DNA of 64,000 nucleotides from the human T2T-CHM13v2.0 reference genome, Homo sapiens. A model generated the notes under the pieces. The model saw only the letters and a list, made by a program, of their open reading frames with translations, was not told the origin of the DNA and ran no database searches. The stretch lies in assembly GCF_009914755.1 (NCBI RefSeq), contig NC_060936.1, one strand, 5' to 3'. Position numbers and translations under genes: made by a program. This document shows, one piece after another, positions 26,662-41,238 of this stretch. Within the stretch, counting starts at the first letter, position 1, and every line of letters starts with the position of its first letter.

Positions 26662-26735
26662 CCAATAAATGGAAACAGCGTTTTATTCTCACTATATACC
26701 AATAAATGGAAACAGCATTTTATTCTCACTATATA
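26662..26735. repeat. 37-bp tandem duplication (2 copies, 1 mismatch)
   Basis: ccaataaatggaaacagc(g/a)ttttattctcactatata twice. Confidence 0.95.
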
Positions 26736-27486
26736 TCAAATGGATATTAACTTCGTGTATATATTAAGGTTTATTCTAATCAAGTACTTAAAAAGATATT
26801 TGTAGCCACTGTTGAAACCCCAAAAGCAAAATATTCTATATTGATGCAAGTTTTTTTTCCAAAATTAAAATACCACAGCAGATGGTGGTATAGTTGAAGC
26901 ATTTCCAAATTATTTCACATAAATATAATTGCATTATGACTCTATTACAGAGAAAAAGAAGGATATATGAAGTCCATGTTTAATTTTAAAAAATCACAAT
27001 CAAACTAAATTGCCAGGTGTAATGATACAACTAGAACAGATGGCAGACGTGATATCATACTTAGAAATCAAAATAAATTATTCTATTAATAAGAATAAAC
27101 ATTTTTCTGTTTTTTAAATGTGAAAAATTGTAATAAAAAATTACCTTATCTCTAAATGTTCTGTAATCTTTTTAAAAAAATTCTTCTACCAAACAAACAA
27201 AAAAACCCTTTAAATAAAACATGCACTAATACCCTTAAAACTCCCTCCAGGATGAATTAATACTGCAATTTACCTGCTTCTTTTAAAAAATATTTCTCAA
27301 ATTATATTCGATTGCATTTCCATATGTGTTCGCATCAGAAATATACCCAAAAGAGCCGTTTCATCTTTTCATTTCATAAAATTACCATTTCCAGCTGTAG
27401 AACTCGTGATTTTATACCTGTTTTTATCTCCTTGTCCAATTAAATATGATTCTACAGAGGATGAAAAGTGTCAGGTATTCTGTACC

Positions 27487-27742
27487 AGTGCTTCTCAGTT
27501 ATGAGCAAGCATAGGAATCTCATGGACTGCCTGTTAAAACACAGGTTCCTGGTTGCCACCTGAAGAAAGTCTGATGGAATAGGTCTGGGGCAGAGCTAGA
27601 GAATTTGCTATTTTATTCGGTTGGTGAAAAAGTAATTGCAGTTTTTGCCACTGAACATAATGGCTAAAACCTACAATTACTTTTGTAATAATGTAACAAT
27701 GAGAATGTTTCAAGTATCAGGACAACATTTTTAGTAGCACTC
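27487..27742 (+). mobile_element. MER5A hAT MITE interrupted by MADE1
   Basis: cagtgcttctca...gttaaaacacaggttcctgg...taggtctgggg...gaatttgc...tagtagcact. Confidence 0.75.
27614..27693. mobile_element. MADE1 MITE
   Basis: tattcggttggtgaaaaagtaattgcagtttttgcca...tggctaaaacctacaattacttttg. Confidence 0.9.
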
Positions 27743-28464
27743 TCTAGGTGAATTTATTCCTTCATTTTCCAATAAAAGAATAACTTGATAGTGCGAATCT
27801 GGCCACATACCCTCACCTCTATAGAGGTGTAACAAAAAATGCCAGATTTTGTGTTTCCTCCTTTTTTATTTGCTTTGAATATTGAAATCACATTTTTTCA
27901 ATTATTTTAAAAGATAAACTTTGGGATTAATCAAGAAGCTAGAAGACTAGGTTCATCCAAGCACATGTCTAGAAAACTACAAGAAAGCTCAAAAAAGAAT
28001 CAACTTCTGAGGCGTGTCAACTCCTTTCATCCTGGCTCCTGTCACTTTAACTCTGACCCTCCCACGCCTGACTTTTATTGGATGTTTGGCTTATCCTTCA
28101 TTGATTGACAAGTTTCATTAATTCTATACCACATTGGGAAAAATAAGTAACAAGTGGTAAGAACCACACCATTTACATTTTTAAAAGAAAGTTTACACCA
28201 TGTGACTTGAAATTGACTGAATCCTAGGATTGAATCCTGGTGGAACCCTGGACTTGATCACGTGGTATCTTCAACCTCTAGGCAGTTTTGAGTCTATAAT
28301 GACCTCCAAATTTCAGAGGACTCTTATAATGTATTTTATTAAATAGTTAAGTGTTTCAACTTTCAATATTTTATCACAATCACTTCAGAAGTTTCAGCGA
28401 GCTGTTTTTGCAGTTGTTAAATATTTTGGAGAAACTTCCATATTCTTCATCGTGTCTATTACTG

Positions 28465-28615
28465 GACTGAAATTCTAGACACTCCCTTTGTAATTATCTG
28501 TTTTATGAGATCTTGGACAAGGCACTATACTTCTCTCAGCTTCACTTTCACTCATCTGAAAAAAAAATTGGGCCAGATGATCTGTATCACTCTTCTCTTT
28601 CAGTTCAGAACTATT
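28465..28615 (+). mobile_element. MIR3/MIR fragment
   Basis: atcttggacaaggcactatacttctctcagcttcactttcactcatctgaaaaa...ccagatgatct. Confidence 0.6.
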
Positions 28616-31272
28616 CCAAAAGCCAGTTCCTCGTGCCACATTTCTTAGACAATTTTCTTTTGGAGGTGGTGAATGTACATACTCTCTATCCCTGAGAAAG
28701 AAGAAAGATGAAGGATAAAATTAGGTTTCCACATTTTTCATGAAGAAAACTGTATTAAAGTTATTTATAGGACTTAAACTACTTCCCCAGGCCAATTTTC
28801 TAATCCCAGAGGTAATGTTTAGGTTCTCTATAAACCTGTATTGCTTAATTACTTATACCCTTGGAGAAATCATATTACTACTCACTGCAATTTAATTGAC
28901 ACTAGAGAGTGGTGTTACTTGATCGGTTTAAAACATTATCACACTCCAGATTTCATTAATAAGCATAGCTTTCTGAATTCCTAATATGGATTTTTAGAGA
29001 GGTTTCATAGATATACACAATGTAAATTAAATGCTGTTTAGCATTATATACATATAAAAAGATACCATTTGAAACAGGATCTAGAAGAACTAGTTTCAAC
29101 TTATACCACCTCTAATTTTAATAGCAGTTTGACAAAAACTTGGCTTTTCTTAGGCTTCCGTAGAAAATCTTTAACTTTAAAAGGAGCCAAAGCCTTGCCA
29201 TACAGGGCCCCAGGCCAGCCATTTACAACTTGGAGTCTGTTGTTCTGCATCCAAGCATGTCACTTCATCAGAGCTAAAGCATCTCTTTTAAATCTGGATA
29301 ACAGCTTTCTGGGCAGAGTGGGAACAGAACTCTTTGGCCTCCTCCCCATGATTTCCCTCTGAATCATCAGAGAAGTACCTCAACATGGTGGGCCATCACT
29401 TTGGATAGGATTATCAAGTCTGTCTAAGCTCAACTTGTCTTTGAGGTTACCCATCTCTACACAATCTGCTCTCACTCAGTAGAGAAGCAATCAGCTCTCT
29501 GGTTAATGTCTCTTATCGTCGATACTAGAACTTACCCTTCTGACAGCTGTTAGCTTTTAGCAGCCCAGTCCAAGACAAGTAGAGATAGTTAAAGGGGCCA
29601 CCTTTATCTTTTGAACACCATAATATACTTAACAGAATATGATCTATTTAAACCATTATTAATATAAACCAATAGTTCTCCTTTTTACAGTCCAGACTCT
29701 TAATTTTACTAACTTGTGAAAAAAGAGTATTAAATGTCCAGAAAAAAGAAGAAAGCCAAGATGAACAGGATATAGAACCAATGATAGGTTTGAGAATTTA
29801 TGCAGTCACCTGACTGAAGTCAACAACAATAAGTTTAGTACAACCATGAAATATTACATTGACAGGCTTCAAAATCAATTGCATAGGTAGCATGGTAGAG
29901 ATACAGTGATTTCAATGAAAAATATTTGGATGCTTATTTAGTCACTTAATATGAAATAAGAGTATACTGAAAATACGCATAAATATGCTGTGCTCTGCAG
30001 GCATTCAAGAAACTTGTCTAATGTTGGACCTCATATCTAAAAAAAGGATTACGAAAAGACATCCAGAATAATTCTTTTAAAAAACTTAATATAATAATGA
30101 TAATTGAAGGAATTGATGGCGAACAAGACCATCTGGCCAGTTGTGGGTTATACCATTATTGGGATAGACAATGAAAAAACAACAATTTTTTATTGCTCTA
30201 AAAAATTGCAAAAAGACTAGTTCTATGCTATTCCTGAAGATAAAATTAGGTTCAAAAGAGCAAACATAATACTAAAACATATTTTGGTTCAACATAAAAC
30301 ATCAACTTTCAAGGAATTTGAGTGCGTAGCAGAGAAATAAGCTTCTTCATCAAATATAGAGCTTAGCATTAATGGAAATGTTCAAGAAGTTATATGACTA
30401 ATTCTCATGTTGACTCCTACCCTAGATTTAAATTAGAAAATGGAAATTTTATTTTTTTCTGGCCAATGTAAAAAAATCTATGATTCCTCAATTTGAAAAT
30501 GAGTTTCTTAAAGATAGGGTCTTCTTTTCTTTCATACTCCTTAAATTGGAAGCCTCCCCTTGAAATGGTGTTATTAATCATAGTGTTTCTTTCTTAATAC
30601 AAGTGGATAATTTTTCTAGTAAATGCATCAAGCATGTATAACAAAAGGGATGATGATATAACCCAATACCAAACACAGAGAAACAATTTTAAACAAATGT
30701 TTCTTTATTCATCCCTGATCTTATAGGGCTTTACTTAAGACAGATTTATTTAAGCCTGATTTATGTAGTCATTGCTCATGGTTCCTTTGGCAACTGATAA
30801 TGAAAATTGTCATTTCTTTTTATTGAAATCTAAGATGTGTCATAAAAAAAATCTTCTGCTTAAAAGGCTTCAAACTTCATTTTTCAGAAAAATCCAGATT
30901 TCCTGTGATGAAACATTTCCTTACAATTTCATACATGATAAAATACATGTAGCAAATAATTTACATAAGATCTCTTCAATTTGTACAGTGGAAGCTTTTG
31001 TAATTTACAGAGCATTTTAAACACAGAGAATTCAGGGAGAAAACAGCAAAAGATTTTTAAACTTCATTGCTTAAAAGTAAGCTTCAGGTGACATTTTAAA
31101 ATAAGCTTCAAATGCTGTGTTTTTGCTAGATTTACACCTTGAAGCTGTTTCTATTTAGTTGATATTTATGTGGTGTTTCATATTTCCCGCCTCTAAAAAA
31201 TATTCTTGAGGGGATATTGGCACATTTCCTCTCTGCAATACCACTGCAAGCATATTTAAAGAAAAAGAAGAC

Positions 31273-31424
31273 ACTTTGGGAGGCTGAGGCGGAAGGATCA
31301 CTTGAGGCCATAAGTTAGAGGTGGCAGTGAGCTATGACATGCCATTGCACTCCAGCCTTGGCGACAGAGCGAAACCCTGTCTCAAAAATAAATAAATACG
31401 TAAAAGAAAAGAAAAATAAAAAAA
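31273..31424 (+). mobile_element. FRAM/FAM-like Alu monomer
   Basis: cactttgggaggctgaggcggaaggatcacttgagg...gcagtgagctatga...ccctgtctcaaaaa. Confidence 0.85.
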
Positions 31425-32439
31425 CATTCTGGCAAGTTCATATGATAGCATTTCAGAGTTAGAATTAGAGGCTTGAATTTCAAACTGTTTGATCTTAGAC
31501 GGTCATTTATCCACTTCACAAAGATGGTAGAAAATTGGTAGCTTTGTGTTGGAGGAATGACACTATCATAGTACACAAAAGAGACACACATATTCTTCAG
31601 AATAAATCCTTCGTGTGAGTCTTCAAATGGTGCTGTGCTGTCGCTTATATAGGAATGAATTTTCTGACATTTTCCACCTATTTTCTGTAGTGATAAATTC
31701 TGAAGTTTTTGTGAAGATAACCGTATGTATTTCAAAGCGATTTAAAAATTTTCAAAATTGAGATGAAATAAGAATCTAACTTTCCCTACATGTTTCTAAT
31801 AATTATATTAAAACATAATGTGTATTACTGTTTTCCAAACATACTGCAGCCTAATGCAAGTGAGTTTCTCTCTTCAAAGAACTGTTGATACTTTTCATTT
31901 TTATGAATTATGCTACTCTAATATATTCTGATTATTTCAGATTAAATATTTTGCTACAATTCAATATTAGCTTCTATTAACTTCAACTAGTAACGTGAAA
32001 AATGGTGCAAAAGGAAGCTATGGAAGATATTCTACAAAGAAGATAATAGATTTTCTAAATGTTAATTTCAGCTTGAGATAAAAGCCAGACTGTTTAATCA
32101 TACAACTTTTCTCCTGTAAATCTTGAATTTCCAAATTAAATTGTCAGTCCCAAATAGATTGCATGGCAGAAAACAAAATTCTAAAGTTATCTGTGACAAG
32201 TCTGTACAAGAAAGCCTAAAAAGAAGAGTGACAGAAATTAAAAGCATCTATAGTCAAGTTTCAGAGCATAATGCATTTGTTTTTGGTCAAAAAAGTGACA
32301 CAAAAGGAAATAGGGTGTATTTTCCCTACTGCAATAAAATATAAGGCAAAAAAGATGATAAAATGTTGATCGTATTTCCGAAGTGGCAGAGTTCAATATT
32401 AAAGTATGAGAGGAACCCAGAAATGTGAACATCAAAATA

Positions 32440-32768
32440 TTGGGTGATTGTCCTTATCAGAGAATTAGACATCCCTAACCTATTGAACTTAAACACGATC
32501 ATATGGCTTGCTTTGCTAAGGAAATGTAAGTGAAAGTGACATGTGTCACAGCCAGGCCGAAGGTTCTTTTCATTGACTGCAATTCTGGAAGCCCGTATTG
32601 TGATGGATCCTTCATCAGCCAGGATCCATAGATAACAATGATGAGCAGAATATCACTGCTTGCCCACAATAGATATGTAGCATGTGTAAGAACTTTGTTG
32701 TTTTAAATAAGTGAAATTTTCCATTTGTTTTTATTGTATGATAATTTATGTTACTCTGACTCATAACA
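32440..32768 (+). mobile_element. MLT1I/J-like MaLR LTR
   Basis: gatcatatggcttgctttgctaaggaaatgtaagtgaaagtgacatgtgtcac...gatatgtagcatg...ctgactcataaca. Confidence 0.7.
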
Positions 32769-34199
32769 CTAAGCCATGTGGCCCTTCAGGCTATCACCAG
32801 GAGTGAAAGAAGAGAAACATATCCTCTGGTGTCCTGGAGGATTCTGGACAGGGGCATCTTTTAGATCAATGTCATCAGAAAAAAATATATTGGGCGGCTA
32901 GAATTCCTTAATTACGGTATGGATATCTGTCATGAAAGAGGGTCCCACACACACATTACTAGAGCTACACAGGGCAGATATAACCTAGACTTTCCTGGGG
33001 TAAACCTTGCAAATAGAGAGGTAATAGAGTGTATGCAGGCCTGTGGTATCTATAAGTTACATATGAAATATTAGGCTCCTGAGGGAGCATGACGATTTAT
33101 ACCCAACTTATCTACCTACATTAGAGTAATACTGAAAAGAAGAAATATTAGCAAATAAAGGGATATCATTATTATAACTAACAAAGTTTAGTTTGGAATA
33201 TAGTATATTGGGATAGTCAAAATGGGTTTATCATTTCCCTAATCACCAATCTGGACCCTAAAATAACCCTCCCAAGGATTTGTGCTTACAGAAAAGACAT
33301 TCCCAGTGATAGACTCTTACAGGTCAGAATGCAGATACAAGGAATTTGAAAGACAGCAAGTTTTTTTCTACACAGAAACTTCTAAAAGATGAACTACACC
33401 AAATCAAGAAATGTCAGTCATGTCAACTCACTCATTTTTCTTCCATGAAGAGAAATAAGACAAGAGGGCAAGGGTTTTCAGGGAAAATCTCTATTGAGAC
33501 TAGTAGTAAGGGATGAGTCATTTCTCGTCAAGAACATATCGTCTTAACCATTTGATCCTAAACATATGGTCAACCAGAAGTATGGCTCAACACCTTGGAA
33601 GAGGACATAAGCAGTTTCTCAGAACAATCTTCTGATCCATTCTTTTAGAAGTGACCTTACAATGTCAATCATAGTTGGTGAGATAAGTCTAGGCTAAAGA
33701 GGGTTCTCAAATGAATAAGAACATTGCGTTGAATACATTCACCCTAAGGTCAATTTTTACTCATGACTAAAAGCAAATTTTTTATTCCATTCTTCTTGTA
33801 TTCTATGTCTAATTACTTTGTCCGATACAGCCTATAAGACCATGAAACAAAAATGACAACATTAACTTAAACCTCAAGAAAACATTCCAATAATAAAATG
33901 CTGATGCCTTTTCTTATCAACTTCCCAAGGGAAATTAAAAAATAAAAAATTACATTAATTTGTGTTATAAAGTCAAAAGAAAATAAAGTCAAATATTAAG
34001 TTATTTACCCTGTAAATGCAAAGAGAGTGAAGGTTAAAGTGTATCTACCCATATTCTATATTTTGCTTAGTCTCTCAGCAAGTGTTCCTCAAAATCAAGC
34101 AGAGTTGTGTTGTTTCTTTTTCTTTCCAGCAGCTAGTCTGTGCTCTTTCTCCCTGAAAATGGTTGTGGTTCCATCACATGAATTTAATGCCAAGTCTTT

Positions 34200-35150
34200 C
34201 AAGAGCCAAATATTTAACGAGTCTAAATAATTAATCGGCTTCACAAAGATTATCACTACACTGCTCAACATCCACCAAATTTAGAAAACAAACTAATCTG
34301 CATCTCCAGCAGTGGTTACTCCAGACAACAAAATATTATTCCCAGAACACAATTAGGGTTGCCACAGGCTTATTTAATGACAGAGGTTACGCAAAGAACG
34401 CCTTTGACTTCAGCCTCAGCAGGATCCCATATAACAAGTGTCTATAACAATGGAAAACACCTATGATTTGTGAACCTATCCATTCAGAGAAATATACCAT
34501 GAATTGTTCATTTTCATACACAGCCTATATTATGACACTTGGGAAGAGGGAAATGCTGTCTTATCTTCCTTCACAAGGTGGCATTCAATCCCTACTGCTT
34601 TCTCAATTCATTGAAACCTCTGCAAGCATAGAAACACCTGTCACCAATTTTTACTTGAGATGTTTTCCCCCTTTTATTCAGATTTTAACTTCTGTTTCTT
34701 TCTTTTGCTCCCTGTTTTTAGCATTGCAGTATCAAACTGAATATGAATTCTTTGCATATGCATGTGCCCATTAAATGACTCAGAACTAAGATAATTGCCT
34801 GCTAAGGAAGAAGCTGCCTCATCCTCCATTTGTTTTACACAGAGAATCACCTGCAGCAGATTCGGAATTGAAGCTGCTGTTGAAACTTGTGAATCCATGT
34901 CTCTAGAAGCGCAGTGAAGACTAACGCAGTCGTCATGAAATATTTTCATTAGTGTTTTATTATTTCAGCCCTTGAGTGGGTTATCTCCATTACATTTTTA
35001 TCTACACTAGTGGGAGACAGCTCTAGCGTTTTATTTTCATTAGTTTTCCTCTGCTCCCCTTAGGGAAGCTCAGCTGCATTTGCACAGTTAAACTTACTTA
35101 ATTTTGCCCGTCTTTATCTAAGGCACCTAGAGCAAGCACCGTTTCTTGGG
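34200..35150. promoter_or_regulatory. Candidate enhancer or conserved non-coding element
   Basis: No recognisable repeat; about 11 retained CpGs; TTACGCAA (34387), CCTTTGA (34401), TGACTCA (34776), AGATAA (34789), CTTGAGTGG (34971). Confidence 0.35.
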
Positions 35151-35774
35151 TCAGGCAGCCTTCTAATGGTTTTTGGTCCAGATATTTTCCAGTAGAAAAC
35201 TATTTTGTTGAAACCCCACAGTGAAAAATTTGAAGCCATGAGTTCTGGGACTGCCAAGAGAATCAACTGTTCCAATATCTTGCCCCATTTCAGATTCCTG
35301 ATTGAATAATCTTTATCAGGAGATAGAATCCCATCATATGCTATATTAGCCAAGTCCTGGACTCAAGCTATCATTGTCTTCTTTATATCTCTTTAATTCT
35401 CTTTATATCATCTTTCCTATGGCTCTCCTAGGAATCCTAATTTCACATGATTTTAAAGTACATTTTCTCAAGACTTAAGCATAACCTGGGTAATTTTCAA
35501 TATTATGTCACCTTGATTCTCAAAACAAGAGTTCCCTGCTTACATTTTGCTCACTTTCATGGTCTTCTTTTCTCCAAAATGTCCAGATTTTTATTTCATA
35601 TAGCTGTCCCAATCTTTCAAAGATTTCTTTCTCTGACTATGGGTAGTATTAATGCAGCTAGAATGTCAATTCTAAGTTTTTTCATTCTTTTTCTGCTTGT
35701 GTGTTTTTTCATATAGCTTTTCTAAAATATAGCTTTTTCCCCCAGTTTTTTTGGTTCTTCTTCTTTTTTTTAAA

Positions 35775-35865
35775 TGCATACTGGTTTATGCCTAGAACAT
35801 GTGCCTAGAACAATGCATGGCACAGAGTTGTTGCTCAATTAGTACTCACTAAATAAATGACTGAT
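35775..35865 (+). mobile_element. L2 3' end
   Basis: gtgcctagaacaatgcatggcacagagttgttgctcaattagtactcactaaataaatga. Confidence 0.65.
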
Positions 35866-36679
35866 TATGTTACCATCACAGTTCAAAATTGATCTCTCTA
35901 TAGTTTTAGTCTAGAAAATTCCAAATTAGTAGCGACCAATCTACTGCCATTCTTTTAGGCCTACAATTAGAATTTTCCACTCGTATAACTGAAATACAAA
36001 ATAAAATACAGCAAATAACTGTTCTGCATCCTTATGGCCTTAGAGATGGAAATATAAAAATGTATTTCTTTAGAATCTTTGCTTCAGCCACACTTGCATG
36101 CTTACTGCGTGATAAAGCCTTATTCTTTTATTTAGGCCAGGCACCTGCTATACATAAGGACATTCATCTGTATAAAAATAGCCACATGCCTTACCTAAAG
36201 ACACAGTGACACAACAAGTCTTCCTCCAGAAAGTGGCATTTAAGACTGCTTTTTTCTAGTAGTTCAGACTATAGAGACACCAGTTGCCAGTTATAACTGA
36301 GGGATTTTCCCTCATATATACAAATCTTAACTTTGGTTTCCCTTTTAAGCTCCCTGTTTTGGCAATCCAGAGCCAGCGTGGTTGGTGCCTGATAAAGTAC
36401 TTCCAAAACTTAGAGCCATTCCCCTCAGCAGAGTTCAAGCCAAGATCCTTGAACTCTACATATCAAGCTTGCCCATAAAATGTTTCTTCATTGTTTATTC
36501 CAACTGGTTGTCCCCTTCCAATCAGGTAACATACTTATTCACTATGTAGTATCTTTGCAAACTGAGATTAAGCATGGTTCCACTGCTCTGAGAAGAAGAC
36601 AAAAGAAAGATAAGACTACCTGGGGGAAAAATCTTAATGGAAACCAAATTTGGGCAAAATAATTCATACAGAATAATCC

Positions 36680-36830
36680 TCCTTTATATGTGACTATCTT
36701 GATTGATCCCCCAAAATTCATCAAGTTTGCCTTACTTTCTCCATTTTTGAAGATAAGGAATCTGAGCTTTAAAGAACTAAAACAAATTTGCAAAACACAC
36801 AACCTTCCATTGCCCATAGTTTCTAAATCT
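36680..36830 (-). mobile_element. MIR fragment
   Basis: ctccattttgaagataaggaatctgagctttaaagaactaaaacaaatttgc. Confidence 0.5.
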
Positions 36831-38089
36831 ATTCATCTATTCACTACTGAAAATTTTATTTGAATCTTTAATTATATATAAGACTTCAACCACTTATAAA
36901 TAATTCCTCAAAGCTTTTGAAACTCTGTTTCTATTATCTCACTAGTCAAGAATTTTCCATGTAGGTTCTTTACCTTTAGATTGCACCAACAAGTTCAAGG
37001 GAAGTATTTCTACAAAAAAGAAAGAAAGCCCCCTTTCCCCACTTAGTGCTAATTACAAATGAATTTAGATTAGTCTGAAGTAGTGATTTTCAGTTAAGAC
37101 TATGATATTAAATTTTGGACTGTTCTGGACTACTATATTTAAATGGGGGAGAGGGGAAAAAAAAGGAAGGACCAGAAATAGCTTAGAAGAGAAAATAATG
37201 GTGGTATCTAAATATGAAAAAAACTAATACTTGAGACATAAATAATAAATTCTAGGTTAGGAGATGGTCCCTGAGATACCAGAATTTTCTTCCTTTATAC
37301 TCACCTTCTCTCCCCCTTAACTCTCCTTTTCTCTTGTTTTTTTCCCCTCCTCTTCCTACCATATTAAGCCCCATACTACACAAAATAAACAAAAAATACA
37401 CATGGAAATTTCAGGAGGATTTTTGATGAAATATAGATTTAAAAATGAATACAGATACAAAAATTAGGTGAGACTTCAAAATACTAATTGAGTTTTAGCA
37501 AAAGAAAAAAAAATAAAGAAGAAGAAGAAGAAGAAGTCATGTGTAAAGGTACCTGTTGATCACTTAAAACCTTGGCCAATTGTGCAATATCTATTACTAG
37601 AAATTTAAACCTTTAGAGTTGTCTTCAGAGCATGAGACTTTATTTTGGAAATGTTCATCTTTGTGAATTACAGAGTGCAATTTGTTCTCAGCTAATCATT
37701 TGAGCTTTGCACATGCTTTGTTAGAAGAAAATCTATCTTCCTTTTGATTTCCCTGTACTCTGGAACTATCAAAGAACCTGAAGGCCAGCAGTCTGCAAAG
37801 GGATTTAGTTTGAGCTTAGACCCAAGAAGGAGACTCTTAGTTTTGAATGATTCTCCTATAACCTGCACCTTCGAGACTGAATTGAAACTGGCATCCTGTG
37901 TTGCTCCATTGCTGAGATGAAGCCAAGCTAACCAAGAGCTCTGTAATGGCCATCTGCTTCTTTGACAAACAGTTAACTTATTCCTCAGTCTAAACTTAGC
38001 CAAGGATGTTCCATGCTTGTGCTTTCACACCCTCAGTTCTTAGTATTGATTCCTTTCGAGTTCATACATCTTAAAAATTCTGAACTATA

Positions 38090-38410
<321 letters not shown>

Positions 38411-41238
38411 CTACTATACTCTATTTCTCTTGGCGGGTTCACATGAAGTTTGCCAACTTTTAAGGAAAATATACATTATGCCTACTTTCCCTAAACAAAT
38501 GGGCTACCTCATGAGGGTCTACAATAAGTGAATAAAATACAAATATCTTTTTACCCAAGCAACTACAAAGTGCATCTCTTCTTTGCAGCCTAATAAAAAT
38601 TTAATAAAAGTAGAAGTGAAATATATCTGGCCACTTTAATGAGGAATATGCTTGAGGAAAATAAAATGATGTAGTGGCAAATCTAAGGTCGAAGTTAGAA
38701 ACAACTTCAGCAACCCAGACATCAGCTAGCAAGGAACTGCAATAAAAAATCAGAATAGAAGCCAAGAATCATAAAGCCATTACTGGAAATGACAGAAGAA
38801 AATAATGCTATTAATGACAGAGATTCCTTCCCACACCCATCTGACAAAATAAACTTCAAAAACTCAGAGATCATATGTGCTTTTAAGGAAAATGTGTAAG
38901 TTTTTGCCACCTTCCTTAGGGTTAACAAGTGGTCTATTCTCAGTAATTCAAATTTGAATTTTGGTTGATTTCTTATTTTTGGCACTTTGTTGGGTAAGAG
39001 GAAAAACAAAGCTAGAAATGTATTATTTAACAAAGCTTTCTGTTATATTTGAAATTTTGTTTTGATTTTTGGTAGTAAGCAAAACTCATTTAGAAGTGAG
39101 CATATTAAATGAGAGGGAAGTTCAAGTTGTGATGTGAATTAAAAATAATCTGTAATTAGAACTAGGAACTGAGTGACTGACAAATAGTTCTGACAGAATT
39201 TTTGCTCTCCAATTCTGGTAGATTCAGTTTTATAAAGAGTCTTACTTTATAGTCACCAATCACAAAGATAGATAATTTTATCAAAACTTGGAATTCCAGG
39301 AGCTAGGAAAAAAACTCAATAATGGGTTAACTTTTGAAAAATTAATAAGTAAAAAGCTGCTAAAATACATATTATAATAGTTAAAATATCATTTTATATG
39401 ACTAAAATGAATACCTGTCAAAGATTCTGTTCAGTTTAATAATTCATGAAGTAACTAATAAGATGAAAAGCTTAATTAAAAAGAGAATTTGAAAACCAAG
39501 GGTTCATGTAGTCAGTCAACAGAATTGAATGAAATACATTTGCTAGTAGATACAACCTGCTAAATGTTCTAAAAGGCCATAAATCTGTAACATTTGGGGT
39601 TATTTTTTCTTCCAGACAAAAATCTAAAAGCTTGCATGTAGCAGTCAATATTTTAGTTGTCAGTGCTGTGATTAAATATTAAATACTAAAGTCAAGCATA
39701 GGTGCTTCCTCTTGTATAATGAAATACGTTTTGAATGAGCCTGTTAAAACCTAAAAAGCTATGCAAGACTTGAAAGAAGGAAAGATCATCCACCTGTTTT
39801 ATTTCAGATTTGGATTTTTTTCTGAAACAAAGTAAAAACAAATAAAAATGTATTCTGTAGAGAAGAGTTCGCATTAGGTTAATAGTAAAACTGGATATTT
39901 TTTTCTCTTTAAAAGTGAAGTGAGATACTAAAAATGAATATTTATTATATGTAATGGCACATCATTTTCTGCAAGTATATACAGATTTATTTTAAAAGAT
40001 ACTAAATACAAATAGTGTTCAATTTAGAATTACACATATTCAGTTCAAACACTGGAAATAAAAAAGTTTCAAATTAGAAGGGTATGGAAGACTTTACTTT
40101 TTTAAATGGGTGTTACTCAGGAAAGCCTCTTTTCTTTAATTGTGGAAGTTTCCCTTAGAGATTTGACCCCATAAGGAAAATCACTCAGTATCAACCTGAC
40201 ACATCAGGATATAAAATTTGGCATGCATGGAGCAGAAATCTATGGCTTTAATTTGGTGATTCCATGTCAGGAAATAGTTTCTCCCTTTTATATTCTTGTT
40301 TTCACTCCAATGAAAGCCCATTTTAAATAATTACAATACCAGCCTCAGCATAAGAGTAAGATCAGCCAGCCATTCATAAACATGTGGATGCGTGAAGTAG
40401 GTGTGTTGTAAAACACACCCCACAACACCATTTATTTCACAGATTATTATTAAATATTGTGAAGTAAATCACTTATTTTACAATTTATTTTACTCGGTAG
40501 GTTTTATAAAATATTTCCAATACTTTATTTCTAGGACTAAGTGGGATGACACAAATATTTATATGTCTGCAGAAAACAAAGCAAAAGTTGAGAGCAAAAT
40601 GAAATTTGAGAATGCAATCATCTAACAATTATCATTAAAAAGTCATTCATTAATAAGCAAAAATTCTACAGTAATTACTAACATTTTAATAATGACACCT
40701 AATTGCCATGAACTTACATAAAAATAAATTTTAAATATCAACTTATATCTTTAATAAACATGTGTTAAGGATCTTGGCAACATCATATTTTACATTCCCT
40801 GGAAAATGATGATATGAAAAATGTTCAAGGGAACATGTTATGGTCAGATATCTTTGAGAAGCATCTACTTACTTAAACTATAATTTTAGTTATATGGACT
40901 ATTAACAATAATATTAAGAAGAATATAGCTTGATTATTGCAAGCTCATTTCACCATTTGTAAGGCTCACATGAATGTCGCACTCCATGAAAAAATTTGCG
41001 CTAAACCTCTATTTTGCCATATACATAATTGTTCTAGGAAGCTCATCTTATAAACATCATAAATAGATGAAAATTCTGCTAGCAAATCAGAATAGAAGAA
41101 AAAAGTTGATGCATGAAAAGCCTTTTTTACAAATCAAGTACTCATGAAAATTAACTTTCAAAATAACATTTTATCCAAGGGAAAATGAAGACTATCTCAA
41201 AACCTAAAAGAACCAGTATTAAGATTTTGGTGTAAATA

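Noticed and set aside
30050-30480. Possible L3/CR1 remnant; also a Tigger-like end near 4700-4760, a hAT-like piece at 46250-46530 and an old LTR at 59610-60360
   Set aside because: Too degraded to name or delimit reliably by eye
34820-34920. Plus-strand acceptor-like ttgttttacacag followed by a short open frame
   Set aside because: All frames stop within 25 codons and no good donor follows; kept only as part of the candidate regulatory block
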